DNA from: Candidatus Nanohalobium sp.
GTDB taxonomy: Archaea; Nanohalarchaeota; Nanosalinia; Nanosalinales; Nanosalinaceae
Assembly (NCBI GenBank): GCA_042217555.1
Contig: JBDGSL010000035.1
Coordinates: forward strand, 1-41,778
Length of the DNA stretch: 41,778 nucleotides
Direction: 5' to 3'
Part shown: piece after piece, positions 19,745-29,129 of the stretch
Numbering within the stretch: the first letter of the stretch is position 1
Layout: the number at the start of each line of letters is the position of its first letter
Made by a program: the position numbers and the translations under genes
Notes under the pieces: generated by a model
What the model was told of the DNA's origin: nothing
Database searches by the model: none
The model's input: the letters and a program-made list of their open reading frames with translations, nothing else

Positions 19745-19896
19745 AACGTTATAAAGAACGTTAAAACTACTTAAATCTGGCGAGTTAATACCTATATAGC
19801 CCACTTTTGATAATAGACCGGATTAATCCCTGTGAGGGCGCTCCCGGTGTTCTTCCATCAGTTGATTTTTATTTCAGCAGGACTGGTTCTCTATTT

Positions 19897-20589
19897 ATGG
19901 CTGTGTTCAGTGTTTTGAGGGAGAGTTTTGAGTTTTTGAGTGAGCGGCCCCGTGTTTTTGTGCCTAAACTGTTTTCTACTTCTGTAAGCAGTTTTCTGAT
20001 AATCGGGTGGATGACCGGGAGGATCAGTCCTCTCACTTTTTTCCTGAGTTTTCCCTTTATAGCGGTTATCGGCAGTTTCAGCCCTGTGATGGTTTCTTCG
20101 ATGGTTGACAACGGGAGTTCTGTAAGAGGTGCGTTCCGTGATTCGTTGAAGCTATGGAGAAGCTTGCTGGGCCTCACTGCGTTGACTGTCTTACTTGCGT
20201 TTCTGAACAGTCTGCCTTTTTCCCTGGGCCTGACCGCGTACCTGTCTACCGGCGACAGTTTCTGGGTTTTACTGGGCGGAGGTGTAAGCCTTGTGTCCCT
20301 GGTGGCTATCGGTTTTGCTCTCTACTTCGTCCCCGTAACCCTCCTGAAGAAGAAGGATTTGATGGAGAGCCTTCAGGACTCTTTTAGTGTTTCCCGTCGG
20401 AACAGAGGTGAGGTACTGGGGCTTACAGTGTTCTCTATACTTGTGCTTTCCGCTGCTTCTCTGACAACCGGCTATCTCAGGGACCTGGGTCTTGCCGTGT
20501 TCTACATCGGCAGAGTGGTTTCTTCAGTGGTCGGAACGTACGTACTGGTGGTTTCACCCAGTTACTATCTTCACGGGGAAGATACATGA
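19897..20589 (+). CDS. Multi-pass membrane protein
   Basis: About six hydrophobic segments. Start placed at MAVFSVL, downstream of the att repeat. Confidence 0.75.
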   Translation: MAVFSVLRESFEFLSERPRVFVPKLFSTSVSSFLIIGWMTGRISPLTFFLSFPFIAVIGSFSPVMVSSMVDNGSSVRGAFRDSLKLWRSLLGLTALTVLLAFLNSLPFSLGLTAYLSTGDSFWVLLGGGVSLVSLVAIGFALYFVPVTLLKKKDLMESLQDSFSVSRRNRGEVLGLTVFSILVLSAASLTTGYLRDLGLAVFYIGRVVSSVVGTYVLVVSPSYYLHGEDT

Positions 20590-20927
20590 TGGAGATAGAG
20601 CTGTCAGACAGAGAGATAGAGGTGGAAGTCGCCAACACAGCTTTAAAACGTGGCCTGGGCCTCTCACTCAGGAGTAAAGGCAAGATGCTTTTCGTTTTTC
20701 CGTCGGATACACGGGCACCTATCGACATGATGCTGATGAGGAAAAGCCTCCACCTGTACTTCATGGACTCTAGTGGAGAGGTCATACATGTCAAGAAAGC
20801 GGAGCCCTGGTACCGGCTTCCAGAAAAGTTCTTTCACAGGCCTGAAGAGAAGTACAGGTACCTGCTGGAAAGCTTTGAAGATCTGGAGATAAGAGAAGGT
20901 GACCGACCGGATTTCAAGCTGATTTAA
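20586..20927 (+). CDS. DUF192 family protein
   Basis: VEVANT..KR..GL, MLFVF, YLLE pattern. Confidence 0.8.
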   Translation: MMEIELSDREIEVEVANTALKRGLGLSLRSKGKMLFVFPSDTRAPIDMMLMRKSLHLYFMDSSGEVIHVKKAEPWYRLPEKFFHRPEEKYRYLLESFEDLEIREGDRPDFKLI

Positions 20928-20950
20928 GCTTTTACTTTTCACTTAGTGAT

Positions 20951-21625
20951 ATGGAGCTTTCAAAATTCTGTCCAAGGTGCGGAGAGGAAACAGAGAAGCT
21001 TTACGGCGAGAAAAAGCAGCTGTGCGCCGAATGCTTCCCTGAGAAGAACAGTCTGCTCGACATCCCCGAAGAGGTAGAGATCAAGATCTGTTCGGTCTGC
21101 GGAAGAATGGCGCACCACGGAGAATGGGTTGAAGAGTACACAGTACAGGAACAGATCGGTCTCGCGTTCTCTGACTTCGCAGAGGAAGACGTGAGGATGG
21201 AGCTGCAGTACTGGGAAGAAGATGAGGACATGTTTGTACGCGTACACTCGTTCAGAGATGAGATACATGATGATGCCGATACCATGCTTGAATTCCAGGA
21301 AGTTCAGTGCACTGAATGCTCAAAGTTCAACGGAGGATTCTTCAAGGCCAAAATACAGCTGCGAGGCGACAACCTGGAACCTGTATCCGAAGCTATAGTG
21401 GACAAAGCCGCAGAACTTACAAATGAGAACAGGAAGGACTTCCTGTCCAACGTAGAGGAAAACGACCACGGCTACGACTTCTACCTGTCGACAGAGCCTA
21501 TGAACAAGAAAATACTCGGCATGCTCCGCGACCGGTTTGACCCTGAAATCCAGAGAAGCTACGAACTGATCGGAGAGGAGAACGGAGAAGAAGTCTACAG
21601 GAACGTCGTATCAGTAAGAGTCTAG
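20951..21625 (+). CDS. nmd3: NMD3 family ribosome biogenesis protein
   Basis: Four CxxC pairs (CPRC, CAEC, CSVC, CTEC), KIQLRG, and a C-terminal YRNVVSVRV. Confidence 0.88.
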   Translation: MELSKFCPRCGEETEKLYGEKKQLCAECFPEKNSLLDIPEEVEIKICSVCGRMAHHGEWVEEYTVQEQIGLAFSDFAEEDVRMELQYWEEDEDMFVRVHSFRDEIHDDADTMLEFQEVQCTECSKFNGGFFKAKIQLRGDNLEPVSEAIVDKAAELTNENRKDFLSNVEENDHGYDFYLSTEPMNKKILGMLRDRFDPEIQRSYELIGEENGEEVYRNVVSVRV

Positions 21626-21649
21626 AAACGTGCCTGGCCACCTTATTTT

Positions 21650-21977
21650 TTCTTCAAGACTGGCCGAATGTGACCTCCTCTCCTACCTAAGCCTTCGGCT
21701 GAGGAAGGAGCTTCCAACCCATTCACACAACCAGCATCCAAGATTAGTGCCATGTTACACAGTTGGTCTATCTTGGGAAAGCACGGCTTTCCACTCTTTG
21801 CAGGTTTCCAACTCGCTAAAAACCGACTTGCTACACAGAGGTCGGGGTTCAACACGTTGGATCTAGGGTTCGGTCACAGGAACCCTGTTCCGAACCTTGC
21901 CACATATTCAGAGCGACAAAATCTGTTGCCCGAACACTCGGCTGTCCGAACTTGGTATATAGGCTCGGAACCTATGG
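21650..21977 (-). ncRNA. Putative structured non-coding RNA (unassigned)
   Basis: End-to-end helix plus at least five hairpins with G-U pairs on the minus strand; TATA-like element upstream; no plausible acidic ORF. Confidence 0.6.
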
Positions 21978-21994
21978 TGATAATATAATGGTAA

Positions 21995-22010
21995 GAAAAA
22001 CTTATAAAAA
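21995..22010. promoter_or_regulatory. Bidirectional BRE/TATA-like promoter
   Basis: GAAAAACTTATAAAAA on plus, TTTTTATAAG on minus, between the putative ncRNA and eIF1A. Confidence 0.5.
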
Positions 22011-22098
22011 TAAAGCCAATTCATCCCCTACCTATCGGAGAAAGGAAGAGGACTTCTCGGCAACGAAAGTTAAAAAGGTTGCACGGGAAATCTCAGTT

Positions 22099-22413
22099 AT
22101 GAGCGATCAAGATGGAGAAGAAGATATAGGCCGTGTAAAAACACCGCGTGGAGACCAAGTACTCGGAATCGTACTGAGAAAGGAAGGCGGTGGAAAATAC
22201 AGAGTCTACTGCACAGACGGCAACAAAAGAATCTGCCGCATCCCAGGAAGCAAGAAGAGAGGCCTATGGGTCAAGAGAGACTCAGTAGTCCTGGTCGAGC
22301 CGTGGGATATCCAGGGCGACGAGAAAGGCGACATAGTAGAGAGCTATTCCCAGGCACAGACAGAATGGCTTGAAGACCGCGACTACCTCGACGAAATCTC
22401 AGAATTCCTCTAA
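22099..22413 (+). CDS. eif1a: Translation initiation factor aIF-1A
   Basis: VYCTDGNKRICRIPG, WVKRDSVVLVEPWDIQ..KGDI. Confidence 0.93.
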   Translation: MSDQDGEEDIGRVKTPRGDQVLGIVLRKEGGGKYRVYCTDGNKRICRIPGSKKRGLWVKRDSVVLVEPWDIQGDEKGDIVESYSQAQTEWLEDRDYLDEISEFL

Positions 22414-22530
22414 ATTTATGGATTGGAGAAGAGTTTATACGGAAAGTTTAACATCCTTTGTTCTTGTTTTCTAGTTTTGTAATCTTGAAACCAACAACTT
22501 ATTTGGCAGTTCTGTTCTAAACCAGATTGT

Positions 22531-23295
22531 GTGAAAGACTCAAACCGTGACTTTGAGGAGAGGTGGAAGGAAGAGAGCAGGAGGATGTTCGACAGTTCAG
22601 AGGCAAAGAAGGCGTTTGAGAACGTTTTCAACCATGAGACCTCGATGGCTTTGCTGAAATTGAAGGACAGAAACGTCATCGAGAAGATGTACGGCATTAT
22701 AGAGTCAGGTAAGGAGTCTGTTGTTTTCCTGGCGGATACATCTGAAGGTGAGAGAGTGATTGTCAAGATCTACATGAACCAGGCCGGTGGCTTCCGTGAT
22801 ATGTATCAGTATCTGAGAGGTGACAACCGTTTCAGAGGTGTGAAGAAGGATCGTAAATCAGTTATCGAAGAATGGTGTAAGAAAGAGTTCAAGAACCTGA
22901 AGAAAGCTTCAAAAGTCCTTGAATGTCCTGAAGCAATCGCTTTCCACGAAAATATACTTGTAATGGAGTTTATCGGTGAAGAGTTCTCCCCTTACCCCAA
23001 ATTGAAGGATGTAAACATCGAAAACCCGGAATCAGGTTTTCAAAGAGTTCTGGACGATGTAAAACGGTTGTGGCAGAGGGAAGAGCTTGTTCACGGTGAT
23101 CTTTCTGAGTATAATATCCTGCTGGACTCTGAAGGAGAGCTTTACTTCATTGATTTCTCCCAGGGCGTACACCGTTCTCATCCTGAGGCCGAGAAACTTC
23201 TGCGGCGTGACGTAGAAAACGTTGCAAAGTTTTTCGTGAAACAGGGCGCAGACATCGAGATCGAGAAAGCGTTTGGAGAAGTTTTAACGGCCTGA
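22531..23295 (+). CDS. rio1: RIO1 serine kinase
   Basis: SGKESVVF, VKIY, LVHGDLSEYNIL, IDFSQ. Confidence 0.95.
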   Translation: MKDSNRDFEERWKEESRRMFDSSEAKKAFENVFNHETSMALLKLKDRNVIEKMYGIIESGKESVVFLADTSEGERVIVKIYMNQAGGFRDMYQYLRGDNRFRGVKKDRKSVIEEWCKKEFKNLKKASKVLECPEAIAFHENILVMEFIGEEFSPYPKLKDVNIENPESGFQRVLDDVKRLWQREELVHGDLSEYNILLDSEGELYFIDFSQGVHRSHPEAEKLLRRDVENVAKFFVKQGADIEIEKAFGEVLTA

Positions 23296-23349
23296 GAGAA
23301 CCTCTATCCGGGATTTCAGGTATAAAAAGGTTGGGAAGATGTTTTGTAC

Positions 23350-23853
23350 ATGAAGCAGGTTAAAATCCCGGAGAAACGTGTCGGCGTACTGATCGGTGAA
23401 GGAGGAGAGACGAAGAGAGAGTTTGAAGAGTTGACAGACACCGATTTAACCATCGATGGAAACGTTGCCCGGATAGAGGGCGACACACTGGACGAAATGG
23501 ACGGTCAGAAAATAGTCAAGGCTATCGGGAGAGGTTTCAACCCGGAAAAAGCATTTAAGATTATAGAAAAAGATTTTACGTTTAACCAGCTTGACATAAA
23601 CCGTTTTGCGGACACGGAGAACGATAAAGAACGTTTGAAGGGTCGTGTGATCGGTAGGGACGGTGAGGCCAGGAAACATATCGAGAAGATGACTGAGACT
23701 GATATCTCGGTTTTTGGAAAAACTATAGGATTCATAGGTCTCCCTAGGAATATACAGGTGGCGCGTGAAGCTGTGAAACAGTTGTTGAACGGGAGTTCAC
23801 ATTCAACCGCGTACAACTACTTGGAGAAGAACCAGGACAAAATTAAAAGGTAA
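23350..23853 (+). CDS. KH-domain rRNA-processing protein (Dim2/Pno1)
   Basis: GVLIGEGG, KAIGRGF, KGRVIGRDG; conserved position after rio1. Confidence 0.92.
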   Translation: MKQVKIPEKRVGVLIGEGGETKREFEELTDTDLTIDGNVARIEGDTLDEMDGQKIVKAIGRGFNPEKAFKIIEKDFTFNQLDINRFADTENDKERLKGRVIGRDGEARKHIEKMTETDISVFGKTIGFIGLPRNIQVAREAVKQLLNGSSHSTAYNYLEKNQDKIKR

Positions 23854-23872
23854 CTGGAGGGAAAATTATACT

Positions 23873-26800
23873 ATGGCAAACGGAGTAGATCAAGGCATGG
23901 AGTCTGAAAGCGGAGATCACAGAGAGATCTCCGTTGCAGAGTTCTTCGAGAAGAACAAGCACCTTCTTGGATTTGAAAACGCTCAGAAATCAATTATAAC
24001 TGTTGTTAAGGAAGCTGTCGATAACTCACTTGACGCATGTGAGGAAGATGAGATCCTGCCTGAAGTACAGGTGATAGTAGACGAGTACGACGATGGAAAA
24101 TGCCGTGTGGAGATCAGGGATAATGCTATCGGCCTGGATAGAGAAACAATTCCAAAAGTATTCGGTAAACTGCTGTATGGAAGCAAATTTCATAAGCTGC
24201 AGCAGTCTCTTCTACCTGATCAAAAAGTTTTTGTCCGTAAGGATGGGGAAACGCAGCTAATTGAGATAGGACAGCTTTGCGATGAAATTATAGGGACTGA
24301 TGAAGGTGAGAAAACAGAAAAGATCAATCAGGATATTGAGGCGCCTTGTTTCAACAGAGAAAACGGTGACATCACATGGCAAAGTGTAACACATGCTATT
24401 AGGCACGAAAACAAGAATGAAACATTCAAGATTGAAACTTCAAGAGGAAGAGAAATAGAAGTTACTGGGAACCACAGCTTGTTTGGGCTAATAAATGACG
24501 GTGAGATAGAAGAAATAGAGGCATCCAACCTAGAAGAAGGGGACACAGTGCTTTCCCCTCAGAAACTTCCGAACAAAGGAGATAAGCACTCTCTCAATGT
24601 TCTTTCACAGTTCAAGGCTGATGAAGTTGAAGACTTACGGTGGTATGTATATGGCGTTTCAGAAGAAAAGCTTCAAATAATCAAGGATGAAGGAGAAAAG
24701 GTTAGGAAAAAGCCTTCACCAGATTCAAGGAAGAGAACCTATTACAGGTATAAAGGAGTAGATATTCTAAAGGATAGCCTAGAACAGAATTATTTAGATC
24801 AAGAATACTTGCCTGCTGAAAAAATTCTCAGGCTTGGATGGGAAAAAGAAATAGAGAATGGAAAATTGAGAACCTACAAAGTAGATGGAGATCAAACAGA
24901 GATACCTTTAGAAATCGACTTAGACTCAGAGTTTATGAGGTTCTTAGGGCTTTTCACAGCAGAAGGACATATAGACGAAAGACAGGTGGGATTTACCTTC
25001 GGAAGCCATGAGCAAGAGCTTGTCTCCGAAGTAAAACAAACCGCAGAACAAAAACTACAGATCTCAACCACTGTAAACCAAAGAGAAAGTAATTCCACCA
25101 GAGTCAAATTCTTCGGGAGCACTGTAGTCAAACTTATGGAGAAGCTCTGTGGCAGAGGTGCTCAGAACAAACATGTTCCAAACTTCGTATTTGATACAAC
25201 GGAACAAAACCAGAAATCATTCCTTAAAGGACTTATAGACGGTGACGGAAGCACATCACATCCTGGAAACGAAGTCACTCTTACCTCAACCAGTAAAAGA
25301 ATGGCTCAGCAAGCATCATACCTGTTTAACACTCTCGGCGTAGTCTCAAGTTGGAAGGAACGGAAAATCAATTCCAACATATCAAATGGAGAGACAGTTA
25401 CATACGATGTGCTTATCCACGGAGAAGACCTAGAGGAATTAGACTTTGAACATGATACAGAAAGAAAATCAAATTACAAAATGCTGCCAGCAGACCTAAT
25501 GGAAGATTTAGGAGTTAAAGAAGTAGATGCCACGAGAGTTAGACCTGACAAGGCAGGTCTCTATTATGCAGCAGGACTAGGCAGTCAACCACAGTTTGCA
25601 GAGAAATTTGTTATGAAGATTGAGAAAATTAAATCTGGCGAAAAAGTAGAAGAAGACTACTACCTTAAAGAACTCAAAGAAAGAAACCTCATTAGCAACC
25701 AAAACACCCTAACTAATAGAATGCAGAAAATAGAGGAAAGAGTCGAGAATCTGCTAGAATTCAGTGAATCAGACCTATGCCTACTGGACGTAAAAAACAT
25801 AGAAAAAACAAAATCACCAGAGTACGTCTACGATATATCCGTACCAGGAACAGGCACAGATGAAAACTTCATAGCAGGAAATCAAGGCGCACTATGCGTC
25901 AAAAACAGTAGAGGGCAACAGGGAATCGGTATCTCCGCTTCCGCAATGTATGCCCAGTTGACGACAGGTGAGCCTGTAACAGTCTACTCGAAGCAGGAGG
26001 GAGAGCCATGCCACAAGTTCGTTGTAAGAATCGACACGGAGGAGAACGAACCTGAGATCCTCGAAGATGAAGTCATAGAAGGTAGCGACGACAGATTTCC
26101 TGGCGAGAAAGACTACTACTTCGACCACGGTACCACTATTGAGATGAAGATAGAGGCCAAGTACACCCGTGGACACCACTCCGTACGCAACTATCTGAAG
26201 CATACGGCGATCATGAACCCGTACGCAAGGATAGTATTGAGAGAGCCAGACGGAAACAAGATCGAGTATCCACGTGTGTCGAAAGAGCTTCCCGAGAAAC
26301 CGAAGGAGATCAAACCTCACCTGCACGGAGTAGAGCTTGGAGTGGTTATGAGGATGCTGGACAACAGCAACGCAAGAACAATCTCCAGCTTCCTCCAGAA
26401 CGAGTTCACCCGTGTCGGAAGAACATCCGCAGAACAGATACTGGAAGAAGCAGAGATAGACACAGGTCGAAGACCTAACACGCTTGACAAAGATGAAATC
26501 GAGCAGATCCTGGACGCAGCACAGGAAGTCAAACTACAGTCACCGCCAACAGACTGCCTGTCACCGATAGGAGAAGACCTGATGGAGAAAGGACTGACAA
26601 AAGAGCTTAATCCAGAGTTTACAGAGACAATTACGCGTAAACCTACTGTTTACAAAGGTAATCCTTTCCAGGTAGAGGTTGGACTGGCCTGGGGAGGCGA
26701 CATAGAAGACGAAGGAAGCTACAACGAGCTGAGATACGCCAACAAAGTACCCCTACTTTACAAGAAGTCCGCGTGTGTTACAACAAAAGCTATCGAGAAC

Positions 26801-27166
26801 GTTTCCTGGAACCGTTACAACATTTCACAGACAGGAGACAGGCCGCAGGGACCGCTCTACATCTCCATCCACATCGCATCGGTCTGGGTACCGTTCACAT
26901 CAGAAGGAAAGGAGGCTGTCGCAAACTACGACCCGATAAGAAAGGAGATGAAGCTGGCACTGCAGGAAGCAGGCAGAAAGCTTGGAAGATACCTGAAGAG
27001 AAAAGAGAGAAAAGAGATTCAGGAGAAGAAGAAACGCCAGCTAACCTCCTACGCAAAAGAGATGGCACCGGCCATCGCCCAGCTAGCAGAAGAAGGAGAC
27101 GAAGAAGAGATGGAAGACAAAATCCAGCAACTCGTACAGAACGACTACAACCCGGAGCAACTATAG
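23873..27166 (+). CDS. top6B: DNA topoisomerase VI subunit B, intein-containing
   Basis: SVAEFFEKNKHLLGF, KEAVDNSLDACE, LYGSKFH|SRGQQGIGIS, RYANKVPLLY, VPFTSEGKEA. Confidence 0.97.
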   Translation: MANGVDQGMESESGDHREISVAEFFEKNKHLLGFENAQKSIITVVKEAVDNSLDACEEDEILPEVQVIVDEYDDGKCRVEIRDNAIGLDRETIPKVFGKLLYGSKFHKLQQSLLPDQKVFVRKDGETQLIEIGQLCDEIIGTDEGEKTEKINQDIEAPCFNRENGDITWQSVTHAIRHENKNETFKIETSRGREIEVTGNHSLFGLINDGEIEEIEASNLEEGDTVLSPQKLPNKGDKHSLNVLSQFKADEVEDLRWYVYGVSEEKLQIIKDEGEKVRKKPSPDSRKRTYYRYKGVDILKDSLEQNYLDQEYLPAEKILRLGWEKEIENGKLRTYKVDGDQTEIPLEIDLDSEFMRFLGLFTAEGHIDERQVGFTFGSHEQELVSEVKQTAEQKLQISTTVNQRESNSTRVKFFGSTVVKLMEKLCGRGAQNKHVPNFVFDTTEQNQKSFLKGLIDGDGSTSHPGNEVTLTSTSKRMAQQASYLFNTLGVVSSWKERKINSNISNGETVTYDVLIHGEDLEELDFEHDTERKSNYKMLPADLMEDLGVKEVDATRVRPDKAGLYYAAGLGSQPQFAEKFVMKIEKIKSGEKVEEDYYLKELKERNLISNQNTLTNRMQKIEERVENLLEFSESDLCLLDVKNIEKTKSPEYVYDISVPGTGTDENFIAGNQGALCVKNSRGQQGIGISASAMYAQLTTGEPVTVYSKQEGEPCHKFVVRIDTEENEPEILEDEVIEGSDDRFPGEKDYYFDHGTTIEMKIEAKYTRGHHSVRNYLKHTAIMNPYARIVLREPDGNKIEYPRVSKELPEKPKEIKPHLHGVELGVVMRMLDNSNARTISSFLQNEFTRVGRTSAEQILEEAEIDTGRRPNTLDKDEIEQILDAAQEVKLQSPPTDCLSPIGEDLMEKGLTKELNPEFTETITRKPTVYKGNPFQVEVGLAWGGDIEDEGSYNELRYANKVPLLYKKSACVTTKAIENVSWNRYNISQTGDRPQGPLYISIHIASVWVPFTSEGKEAVANYDPIRKEMKLALQEAGRKLGRYLKRKERKEIQEKKKRQLTSYAKEMAPAIAQLAEEGDEEEMEDKIQQLVQNDYNPEQL
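24206..25906 (+). mobile_element. 567-aa intein with a LAGLIDADG homing endonuclease in Top6B
   Basis: Starts SLLPDQ; block B VTGNHSLF; LGLFTAEG and FLKGLIDGDG; ends VYDISVPG..NF...CVKN before the extein Ser. Confidence 0.93.
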
Positions 27167-27222
27167 GTGATCCAAAAATGCAAGATTTTCTAAATTACAC
27201 GAACACCGAAGGTGATGAGTAA

Positions 27223-28353
27223 ATGCCAAAGAAAGAGTTTGAGAATGACGAGACGACTTACGAAAGATTGAAGCGGCTTGGAAAAAAGATTAAGGATCAG
27301 TTAGACGATCCTGATGAGGAAGACTTGACGTTTGAGACACAGGTTAGAAGCCGGAGCAACGTTAAATATGACGAGGAAAAAGGCCGGCTTGAACTAGGAG
27401 ACTCTTACTCCAAGAGAAAGTTCCTCAACATCTCCCACGCGAGGAAGTTCATGCAGACCTTGCTTGTTGCGTCCAAAGCCAAGGAACTGGTCGAATCAGG
27501 CAGGACTGCCTCCATCAGAGAGGTCTACTACCAGTTGAAACATACCGTGCCTGGCCTCGACGAAAACACGTTCGAGAATCAGGACGAATCCAACAACGTC
27601 GTAGTTGATATAGAAACTGCGACAGGAGCGATCAGAGAGGATTTACATCTTATCGCTGAGGCAAAAGGTTCTCTGTTCGGCCCGGTAGTCATCAACGATT
27701 CAGGCGACTCCATAGACTGTATGCAGATGGGAACATCAGGTTTGAACATTCCAAGTACAGTAGACCACTATGAGTTTGAAGAGTGCTCCGCTGACTTTAT
27801 CCTGGTCGTTGAGACTAACGCGATGGTCAACAGACTGGTCGAAGAGGACTTCCACAAGGACAACAACGCTATTATCCTGGGAACCAAGGGACAACCCGCG
27901 AGAGGAGCACGGAGACTCATCAATATCATGCACGACAGACTGGACCTGCCTGTCTACGTGTTCACTGACGGCGACCCTTACGGATACTACATTTACTCAG
28001 TCCTTAAGTCAGGGAGCATGTCACTAGCATTCCAGAGCGATAGATTAGCGACTCCGGACGCCAAGCTTATCGGCATGAACATGGAAGACATCGAAGAATA
28101 CGACCTCCACCATGTCACAGAAGACCTCAAAGGAAAGCCGGAGGACAACGGCGGGCCCTCCAAGGACTACAAGAGGATCCACGAAGTTATGGAATACGAC
28201 TGGATGCAGAACGAGCAGTGGCAGAAGCAGTTTGAGAAGATGCTGGACAAAGGAGTAAGAGTCGAACAGCAGGCCCTGGCAGCCAACAGCCTCGAGTTCG
28301 TGGCCAACACGTACCTTCCGGAGAAGATAGAGAACGAGGAGTTCTTGGACTAA
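27223..28353 (+). CDS. top6A: DNA topoisomerase VI subunit A
   Basis: SIREVYY, Q.ESN, ILVVET, KGQP, FTDGDPYG, EQQAL. Confidence 0.97.
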   Translation: MPKKEFENDETTYERLKRLGKKIKDQLDDPDEEDLTFETQVRSRSNVKYDEEKGRLELGDSYSKRKFLNISHARKFMQTLLVASKAKELVESGRTASIREVYYQLKHTVPGLDENTFENQDESNNVVVDIETATGAIREDLHLIAEAKGSLFGPVVINDSGDSIDCMQMGTSGLNIPSTVDHYEFEECSADFILVVETNAMVNRLVEEDFHKDNNAIILGTKGQPARGARRLINIMHDRLDLPVYVFTDGDPYGYYIYSVLKSGSMSLAFQSDRLATPDAKLIGMNMEDIEEYDLHHVTEDLKGKPEDNGGPSKDYKRIHEVMEYDWMQNEQWQKQFEKMLDKGVRVEQQALAANSLEFVANTYLPEKIENEEFLD

Positions 28354-28387
28354 ATAGGGTTGATAGCGGGTGAAAAACCCGCCTCCT

Positions 28388-28951
28388 CTAATCTATCTCC
28401 ATCCATTTATTGCCGTAAGCATCTTTTAGACCATCTACAGCAGCCCTCTGTTCACTGTCTCGTATACCCTGGTACTGCGAGCTTTTCCCTGCCGATACTA
28501 TTCCTGCTGTTGCGGAGATCCCCATTCCATGTATCGATCCTATTGCTACGGATCCACTGAAACCTGCTAAACCTGCTAAGACACCTATATCGGCTATTTT
28601 AGCCTTGGTGTCGTTAGTTTCTGTTTTTCCATTTAGGAGATCCATAACGTTACCGTGGTTACTATGGCGTCTTTCTATTTCATCAGCCTTATTCTCTCCT
28701 GACTCTCTTCCTGACTCGTATTTTCCGGAAAGCATTCCTCGAATCGGTGCTTCCACCATCTCCCGGGGGTTTGTAGAGTCGTTACCACCCATCTTTTCAA
28801 GTGCGTAATCTTCATCTACCACCACTCTGGAGCCTTCAATTCTTGAATTTTCAAATACTTCAAACGCTTCCTCAGGCACGTTCTTAAGTAGATCACCGAA
28901 TTTGACGTAGTCTCCGTTGTCGACCCGTTCCAGATAGTCTCCTGCATTCAT
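28388..28951 (-). CDS. Hypothetical protein with a Gly/Ala-rich hydrophobic hairpin
   Basis: Acidic 187-aa ORF with a GAGGT RBS-like motif upstream. Confidence 0.65.
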   Translation of the reverse strand: MNAGDYLERVDNGDYVKFGDLLKNVPEEAFEVFENSRIEGSRVVVDEDYALEKMGGNDSTNPREMVEAPIRGMLSGKYESGRESGENKADEIERRHSNHGNVMDLLNGKTETNDTKAKIADIGVLAGLAGFSGSVAIGSIHGMGISATAGIVSAGKSSQYQGIRDSEQRAAVDGLKDAYGNKWMEID

Positions 28952-29129
28952 TTTGATAACCTCTTGTTATTACATGGCAGTAACACAATTAAATACTTTT
29001 TGGATCTTCCGGCTTTGTTCAAGAACCTTTTTTGAACACGGACTTTTTGAACGCAGGACTATGTTTTTGAACAAATTACCTCGTCAATAAACCAAATATT
29101 TATAACTGTAACTTACTAGAAGTTGTAAC

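Larger units (their letters stand above)
17630..19842. mobile_element. 2.2-kb tRNA-integrated mini-island with 18-bp att-like direct repeats
   Basis: AATCCCCGTGAGGGCGCT (17630-17647, tRNA 3' end) recurs as AATCCCTGTGAGGGCGCT (19825-19842). The cargo gene is AT-richer than the flanks. Confidence 0.85.

Noticed and set aside
21630..22098. Short ORFs in the nmd3-eIF1A gap and the eIF1A N-terminal extension
   Set aside because: Non-acidic and no RBS; better explained by RNA structure and a promoter.
29029..29072. TTTTTGAAC repeats as a mini-CRISPR
   Set aside because: Only 9 bp long and mirrored at the other transposon end, so they are end-binding sites.
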